Positions 38,544-43,233 of a stretch of 43,233 bases of DNA are shown piece after piece. The stretch is from NCBI GenBank assembly GCA_005880445.1, contig VBGJ01000152.1, positions 1 through 43,233 of the forward strand, given 5' to 3'. Made by a program: the position numbers and the translations under genes. The stretch is from Chloroflexota bacterium (GTDB lineage: Bacteria > Chloroflexota > Dormibacteria > Aeolococcales > Aeolococcaceae). Every line of letters begins with the position of its first letter. Position 1 is the stretch's first letter. The notes beneath the pieces were generated by a model that made no database searches, had not been told where the DNA came from, and saw only the letters and a program-made list of their open reading frames with translations.

Positions 38544-39279
38544 GTGCTCGGCAGCTATCTCATCTTCGCCCGCGAGGGGATCGAGGGCACGCTGATCTGC
38601 GCCATCCTGCTCACGTTCTTGGCCGCCTCCGGCCGGCGGGATCTCTTCCGTTGGGTGCTCGGCGGCGCTGCGGTGGCGGTGGCGGTGTCGACAGTGGTCG
38701 GAGTGGCGCTCTGGATCGTTGGGCGCGATGCCTTCGTCGGCTCGCACGCGCAGTCCTGGTTCGAGACCGCGGTCTTCGGCGTCGCCGTGGCGGTCCTCAC
38801 CTATATGACCTTCTGGATGCGGCGGCATGCCCGCACGCTCAGCAGCGAGATCCGTGGCAAGGCGGCTGCGGCAGTCGTCGCCCCTGCAGCTCGCCATAGG
38901 CGCGGCGCTCGGCCTCGCTACGGCACTGGCCGTCGGGTTCGCCATGTATCGCGTGGGAGTTCGTGTCAATCTCGGCCGGTTCTTCTCCGTGCTTGGAAGC
39001 CTGTTGCTCGTGGTCGCCGCCGGACTGCTGGCCAACGCGGTGCACAACCTGCAGGCGCTCGGGGCGCTGCCGGGCGCCTCGTTCACACTGTGGAACGCCG
39101 GCGCCGTGATGCCCGACGACCGAGGACTTGGTGACGTGCTGCACGGGCTCGTGGGATACAGCGCGGCGCCGACGTTGCTGCAGGTGGTTGTGTGGGCGGT
39201 GTTTCTCGGCGGCGGCCTGTGGCTCTTTCTGCGGCCGGCCCCGCCGCGGCGCGCCGTGCCGGCGCCGTCGGTGTCATAG
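38544..39279 (+). pseudogene. FTR1/EfeU-family high-affinity iron permease, split into two frames as sequenced
   Basis: Frame A (38544 onward): SYLIFAREGIEGTLICAILL (REGxE motif in TM1), two more TMs, then MRRHARTLSSEIRGKAAAAV. Frame B (to 39279): SPLQLAIGAALGLATALAVGFAMYRVGVRVNLGRFFSVLGSLLLVVAAGLLANAVHNLQALGALPG...LLQVVVWAVFLGGGLWLF. The switch is at about 38870-38890, and no second REGxE helix is present in either frame. Confidence 0.78.
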
Positions 39280-39422
39280 CACCCACCACTCGCTACGAAC
39301 ATCTGTTTCGTAGACCAAACGCGCGTGCCCCGCTACCATCGCGCCTGAAGCGTTCATCTGTTCGGTCTCATTCCCAACGTTCATCCAACCCCCGAACCAG
39401 ATCGATCGCTCCGGGGGACAAC

Positions 39423-39752
39423 ATGGCCACCTTCGTCCGGAACCGCGTCCTCAACCAACTTTCCTGGTCCCCAGAGACCGAGTGCGACCGCGTCGGTCGG
39501 CGCGACGCGCTGTGCGAGCTCGACGGGCTCCTGACACAACTCGAGGAGATCAACCTGCGCGGCGGGAAGATCCCCACGCGCGTGCTCGTGGCACTGCAAC
39601 GCCGCGGCGTTGCGTTTCGTCCGCGCGTCGGCGCGGCGGAGATGATCGAAGCGGTGTTTGCGGTCCAGGAGCGGTACATGCGGCAGCCGATCGGCGCCGC
39701 CGCACCGGACGCGGGCGCACTCGCTGAGCTGCGGCGTCGCCTCGCGTCCTGA
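39423..39752 (+). CDS. Hypothetical protein
   Basis: 109 aa of ordinary composition (MATFVRNRVLNQLSWSPETECDRVGRRDALCELDGLLTQLEEINLRGGKIPTRVLVALQRRG...). GGGGGA precedes the ATG. I recognise no family. Confidence 0.5.
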   Translation: MATFVRNRVLNQLSWSPETECDRVGRRDALCELDGLLTQLEEINLRGGKIPTRVLVALQRRGVAFRPRVGAAEMIEAVFAVQERYMRQPIGAAAPDAGALAELRRRLAS

Positions 39753-39825
39753 CAGCCTCGCGGTCCGGAGCGCGCAGCCGGAGCTGACGGGATCGAGCAG
39801 GACGTACGTCCAGTAGGCTTCGCGC

Positions 39826-40500
39826 GTGGACGCCGAGACGGGGAAGCGCGCTGCCGGGGAAGCGGCCGCGGCGCTCGTCGAGGACGGTATGCGAGTCGGG
39901 CTGGGCACGGGAACCACGGCTCGGTGGTTCGTGCTGGCGCTGGTGGAGCGCGCGCATGCCGGTCTGCGGGTCGCCTGCGTCGCGACGTCCGAGGCGACGG
40001 TGCGGCTGGCGGAAGAGCTCGGCATCTGGCTGGAGCCGCTGGACCGCCGCGGGATCGATATCGCCGTTGACGGCGCGGACGCCGTCGATGCGGATCTGCG
40101 GCTGATCAAGGGAGGCGGGGGCGCACTGGTGCGGGAAAAAATCGTGGCCGCGGCGGCGCGTTCCTTCGTGGTGGTCGTCGACGATTCGAAGGTGTGTTCG
40201 GCGCTGCCCGGAAGCGTGCCGGTCGAGCTGGTTCCGTTCGGCGTCGATCGCACCTTGGCGCTGCTCGAGTCGACGGGCGGCGCGTACACGCTTCGCACGG
40301 TCAATGGTGCCGCTCTACTGAGTGACAACAGCAATCTGATCGCGGACGGGCACTACGAGTCGCTCGACGACCCGGAAGGGCTCGCGGCTCGGCTCGACGC
40401 GATCCCGGGACTGGTCGGGCACGGGCTGTTTCTGGGCATGACCGATCTGCTGCTGGTAGGCCACCCCGACGGGGGAGTCGAGCGTCGTTCACCGCGGTGA
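39826..40500 (+). CDS. rpiA: Ribose-5-phosphate isomerase A
   Basis: GTG start. GMRVGLGTGTTA, DIAVDGADAVD, LIKGGGGALVREKI, VVDDSK, and LIADGHY...GLVGHGLF match the RpiA motifs. Confidence 0.92.
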   Translation: MDAETGKRAAGEAAAALVEDGMRVGLGTGTTARWFVLALVERAHAGLRVACVATSEATVRLAEELGIWLEPLDRRGIDIAVDGADAVDADLRLIKGGGGALVREKIVAAAARSFVVVVDDSKVCSALPGSVPVELVPFGVDRTLALLESTGGAYTLRTVNGAALLSDNSNLIADGHYESLDDPEGLAARLDAIPGLVGHGLFLGMTDLLLVGHPDGGVERRSPR

Positions 40501-40530
40501 GACGCGCGTTGCGGCGATAGAGTTGGCCGC

Positions 40531-40604
40531 GGGCGGATAGCTCAGACGGTCAGAGCGCCTCGCTTACACCGAGGAGGCCGCGGGTTCGATCCCTGCTCCG
40601 CCCA
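40531..40604 (+). tRNA. tRNA-Val (anticodon TAC); CCA not encoded
   Basis: Manual cloverleaf: acceptor GGGCGGA/TCCGCCC, D-arm GCTC...GAGC, anticodon arm CCTCG-CTTACAC-CGAGG, T-arm GCGGG-TTCGATC-CCTGC, discriminator A. Confidence 0.9.
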
Positions 40605-40615
40605 CAGTTCGGCTC

Positions 40616-40627
40616 GTTACATGTAAC
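40616..40627 (+). promoter_or_regulatory. Perfect 12-bp palindrome GTTACATGTAAC (flanked by GGCTC/GAGCC) just upstream of the mazE-like gene; candidate TA operator
   Basis: AT-rich palindrome 9 nt upstream of the antitoxin start. Type II TA operons are usually autoregulated through palindromic operators. Its function here is inferred only. Confidence 0.35.
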
Positions 40628-40635
40628 ATGGAGCC

Positions 40636-40854
40636 GTGGCGAGCCGACAACCACCGCCAGTGCGCGAGCGGGTCCGATCTCATCGGGAACGTCTTCGCGC
40701 TCAGGGTTTGCGGCCCATTCAGATTTGGGTGCCCGACGTTCGATCGTCGAGCTTCGTCAAGGAGGCACGCTGCCAGGCGCGAGCTGTCGCCCGCAGCCCG
40801 AGCGCGGCCGATGATCAGGAGTTCATCGATGCGATCAGCCGCGAAGACGAGTGA
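40636..40854 (+). CDS. MazE-like antitoxin (DUF3018-type)
   Basis: 72 aa. VRERVRSHRERLRAQGLRPIQIWVPDVRSSSFVKEARCQARAV...DDQEFIDAIS matches the pattern I recall for DUF3018/MazE-family antitoxins. Its stop overlaps the toxin GTG (GTGA). Confidence 0.75.
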   Translation: MASRQPPPVRERVRSHRERLRAQGLRPIQIWVPDVRSSSFVKEARCQARAVARSPSAADDQEFIDAISREDE

Positions 40855-41059
40855 GGCGCGGCGAGATCTGGACGGCTGCAGGTTGCGCGTGGACCCCAGC
40901 ACTGTGAACGGGTTGCGCGAGACAAGTAGTGTCATGGTTGACAAGCTCACGACCGTTAACCGATCACGGCTAGCCAAGCGCGTCGGCCAACTGGGGGACG
41001 AGGACCTGATCAGGCTGGGACGGGCCATCGTCGTCTTCCTCGGCCTCGCGGGCGGTTGA
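40851..41059 (+). pseudogene. MazF/PemK-family toxin remnant (internal deletion plus frame change)
   Basis: The N-terminus VRRGEIWTAAG (40851-40883) runs into a stop at 40905-40907. The C-terminal half RVDPSTVNGLRETSSVMVDKLTTVNRSRLAKRVGQLGDEDLIRLGRAIVVFLGLAGG is in another frame (40886-41059). The central part of the MazF fold, roughly 40-45 aa, is absent. Confidence 0.75.
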
Positions 41060-41153
41060 GCGCTCGCGCCAACGCCGCGATTCGCTCGGTCGTCTCGCGG
41101 TTCGAGTAGGCCACTGCCCGGCCCACCAAATCGTCCTTGGGTTTTTGAGTCGA

Positions 41154-41462
41154 TCAGCAGCCCGTAGCGGCTGCCAGCGCGCGACATGCCTCGCTCATCC
41201 GCGCTGCCGAGAGCGAGGTGATCCTCCTGCGAAATGTTGTCCTGGTCAAAGTGTGCACGTTGTCGAAGTTCACGACGCAGTCGGTCGGCACTTGGTCGCG
41301 ATCCGCGAAGAGTTCCAGTTCGGAGATGAGCCCTCGACGCGTCCTCGTAAGCGCGGCGACGACCACGGCACTAATCCGACCGGCGACAGGATCGCGTGTC
41401 AGCACCAGCACCGGTCGGTCCCCACCGGGCGTCGCCGCGAACCAGATGTCACCGCGCTGCAT
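41154..41462 (-). CDS. mazF: MazF/PemK-family type II toxin (endoribonuclease)
   Basis: 102 aa. MQRGDIWFAATPGGDRPVLVLTRDPVAGRISAVVVAALTRTRRGLISELELF...DCVVNFDNVHTLTRTTFRRRITSLS closely resembles mycobacterial MazF toxins as I recall them. It overlaps the upstream antitoxin gene by 14 nt. Confidence 0.88.
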   Translation of the reverse strand: MQRGDIWFAATPGGDRPVLVLTRDPVAGRISAVVVAALTRTRRGLISELELFADRDQVPTDCVVNFDNVHTLTRTTFRRRITSLSAARMSEACRALAAATGC

Positions 41463-41700
41463 CGCCCCAATCCGACCAGTCCTCCGCGGGACCCCACTCA
41501 GCGACGCTGCTCAGGGCCGATTCTCCCTCCTCGAGGGGGTGGCCCTCCCACTTACTTGCGTCCTGTTCTCCGGCAAGGCGATTCAGATGTTTTCGCACGG
41601 CTTCGCGAATTACCTCGGAGCGGTCGACGCCTAGCCTGTCCGACCACGCCTGGAGCTGCGCTGCTTCGGCGTCGTCCACCCGGAAACTCACCATTGTCAT
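41449..41700 (-). CDS. Ribbon-helix-helix (CopG/MazE-type) antitoxin
   Basis: 83 aa. MTMVSFRVDDAEAAQLQAWSDRLGVDRSEVIREAVRKHLNRL is an RHH fold pattern, followed by an acidic, Trp-containing tail. Located upstream of, and overlapping, the toxin gene. Confidence 0.82.
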   Translation of the reverse strand: MTMVSFRVDDAEAAQLQAWSDRLGVDRSEVIREAVRKHLNRLAGEQDASKWEGHPLEEGESALSSVAEWGPAEDWSDWGDAAR

Positions 41701-41877
41701 ACACGGAGCCTACCATGTAATACACTACCCGACGCAGCGCAGCGCGCGGCTCCTGGTCCACCTACCTCCGGCATTACGTCACAGCCATACAGCCGGCGCA
41801 ATGAACGGCTGCACGGGCACCCGACCCGCGTTCGTGAACTCGGAATAGCTCTGCATTCGGTCCACCCTCGCACAGCA

Positions 41878-41912
41878 GAGGTCAGGGGTTCGAATCCCCT
41901 TCGCTCCGCCAG
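41878..41912 (+). other. Orphan tRNA 3' fragment (T-arm, 3' acceptor strand, discriminator G and encoded CCA)
   Basis: GAGGTC-AGGGG-TTCGAAT-CCCCT-TCGCTCC-G-CCA. The ...CTCCGCCA end resembles tRNA-Ser. No complementary 5' acceptor strand (GGAGCGA), D-arm or anticodon arm is found in the preceding 100 nt. Confidence 0.6.
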
Positions 41913-42188
41913 ATTTGACTGGTCGGATCACAATCCGAACCGGCGCCACATTTGGCACCCGGAAGTCGTTGACCGAGACTGCGGATGCGTTCGCCGCACC
42001 ACCTGTTGGGATGGTCCCAGCCGTACCGCGACGGACCGCTGTCTGATAGGGTGGGTGCAGCCCGCCTCGCGGGCCTGCCGTCTTGGCGATCCTCCTCCCG
42101 CCCGATCAGTGGTGCGGATTCCCCGAGAAGACCAGCACTACAACCCCAGGGGAGGGACTCGGGCACTGCCCGATTAGGAGCCGCAACC

Positions 42189-43233
42189 GTGACCACCTTC
42201 GCCGAACTCGGCGTGCGCCCGCGCACGTTGGAGACGCTCACCCGCCAGAAGATTCTCGATCCGCTCGCCGTCCAGGCCGCCGCCATCCCCGCCCTGTTGC
42301 GACGGCGCGACGTCGTCATGGAGGCCCCCACCGGCTCAGGGAAGACGCTCGCCTTTCTTGTCCCGATGGTCGAGCGCCTGGCCGGACACCAGCCCTCCGG
42401 GATCCGCGCCCTGATCGTGGTGCCCACCCGTGAGCTGGCGAGCCAGATCGAGACCGTGCTGCGAGGCATCGACCCGAAGCTGCGCACGGCGCTCATCATC
42501 GGCGGCATCGGGTACGGAAGCCAGACCTCGGCCCTGCGCAACAGCTGTGATGTGGTCATCGGCTGTCCGGGACGCATCCTCGACCTTGCGGGACAGGGGT
42601 TCGCGCGCTTCGACCGCGTCCAGTACCTCGTCCTCGACGAGGCCGACGAAATGCTCGACCAGGGCTTTGCTCGCGACGTCGAGCGCATCATCGCGATGAC
42701 ACCGACGGCATCGCGCCAGACGGTGCTCGCGTCGGCCACCATTCCCGACTGGGTGCAGCGGATGATCGACAAGCACCTCGTCGACCCGGAGCACGTCCGT
42801 CTCTCCGCGGACGAGCCGACACTCGAGCATGGCCTCGTGCGGGTCGAGCGCGAGAACCGGGTCAGCGTCCTGTCGCGCCTGCTGCGACGCCATGGTGGTT
42901 CGGCGATCGTGTTCCATCGCACCAAGCACGGCGCCAAGAAGCTGGCGCGCGACCTTGCCAGGGACGGGCACCGCACCGGCGAGTTGCAGGGGAACCTTTC
43001 ACAGAACGCGCGGGACAGGGCCATCGCCGCGTTCCGCCGTGGCGACAGCGATGTGCTCGTCGCTACCAACGTGGCGGCCCGCGGTATCGACGTCTCGCAC
43101 GTCGGGCTTGTGGTCAACTACGAGCTGCCCGAGACCGCCCTCTGGCTGACGCACCGGGTCGGTCGCACCGCGCGCAACGGCGCCACCGGCCGCGCTCTCA
43201 CCTTTCTCGCCGCGGACGACGCCGACAAGTGGC
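42189..43233 (+). CDS. DEAD-box ATP-dependent RNA helicase (3' end outside the window)
   Basis: GTG at 42189 with AGGAG 8 nt upstream. The frame is open to the window end, which is why it is missing from the ORF track. Motifs: FAELG (Q), APTGSGKT (I), PTRELA (Ia), DEAD (II), SAT (III), HRVGRTAR (VI). Confidence 0.92.
   Translation, partial: MTTFAELGVRPRTLETLTRQKILDPLAVQAAAIPALLRRRDVVMEAPTGSGKTLAFLVPMVERLAGHQPSGIRALIVVPTRELASQIETVLRGIDPKLRTALIIGGIGYGSQTSALRNSCDVVIGCPGRILDLAGQGFARFDRVQYLVLDEADEMLDQGFARDVERIIAMTPTASRQTVLASATIPDWVQRMIDKHLVDPEHVRLSADEPTLEHGLVRVERENRVSVLSRLLRRHGGSAIVFHRTKHGAKKLARDLARDGHRTGELQGNLSQNARDRAIAAFRRGDSDVLVATNVAARGIDVSHVGLVVNYELPETALWLTHRVGRTARNGATGRALTFLAADDADKW

Noticed and set aside
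35845-40881. Three of the deletion junctions coincide with 6-bp restriction-type palindromes: GTCGAC at 35845-35850 in pruA, CTGCAG at 38884-38889 in FTR1 and CTGCAG at 40876-40881 in mazF. This hints at lost small restriction fragments.
   Set aside because: GC-rich 6-bp palindromes are frequent at this base composition. By my rough estimate, some 6-bp palindrome occurs every few tens of nt, and a given GC-rich one every few kb. The junctions are only localised to about 10 nt, and the rplB junction has no such site. The coincidence is noted but not strong enough to claim.
40605-41912. A prophage or integrative and conjugative element at tRNA-Val.
   Set aside because: The block is only 1.3 kb. 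It has no integrase, recombinase, replication or structural genes. At most it is a decayed remnant carrying TA modules.

Overview
High-GC bacterial chromosome segment (about two-thirds G+C by eye), almost entirely housekeeping genes.

Gene content by region:
- 1-15.3 kb: tail of the S10 operon (rplB onward), the whole spc operon, secY-adk-map, rpmJ plus the alpha operon (rpsM-rpsK-rpsD-rpoA-rplQ), then truA-rplM-rpsI. All are on the + strand and tightly packed, with many ATGA/GTGA stop-start overlaps.
- 15.3-19.1 kb: a sugar-1-phosphate nucleotidyltransferase, a WecB/TagA-type and a GT2 glycosyltransferase, a soluble histidine-kinase-like protein, and a DUF192 protein.
- 19.3-29.1 kb: comFC-hpf-secA, two minus-strand genes (VOC/glyoxalase-fold and GMP-reductase-like), prfB with its classical +1 frameshift site, and ftsE-ftsX plus a coiled-coil M23 peptidase.
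- 29.2-37.8 kb: lpd-E1alpha-E1beta-E2 of a 2-oxoacid dehydrogenase complex, pruA (minus strand), and lipA-lipB.
- 37.8-39.3 kb: a DtxR-family regulator, a near-consensus 19-bp iron box, and an FTR1 iron permease.
- 39.4-43.2 kb: a hypothetical gene, rpiA, tRNA-Val, a 1.3-kb islet with two MazEF-type toxin-antitoxin pairs, a tRNA 3' fragment, and a DEAD-box helicase running off the window.

I see no CRISPR array, transposase, integrase, prophage or recognisable defence system, and I cannot support a claim of a novel multi-gene system here.

Observations worth a second look:
1. Four otherwise well-conserved genes (rplB, pruA, the FTR1 permease, one mazF) each lack an internal block of roughly 25-45 codons and change frame. 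A tRNA also lacks its 5' part. Because essential rplB is affected, I suspect a sequence or assembly artefact.
2. Two structured inverted-repeat elements (141 and 132 nt) share the same architecture, one upstream of comFC and one downstream of secA.
3. infA is missing from its canonical slot between map and rpmJ.
4. The histidine-kinase-like protein has Leu where the phospho-accepting His should be.
5. Several ribosomal proteins carry long charged tails.

Many long ORFs in the six-frame track are antisense or alternative-frame artefacts of the high GC content.
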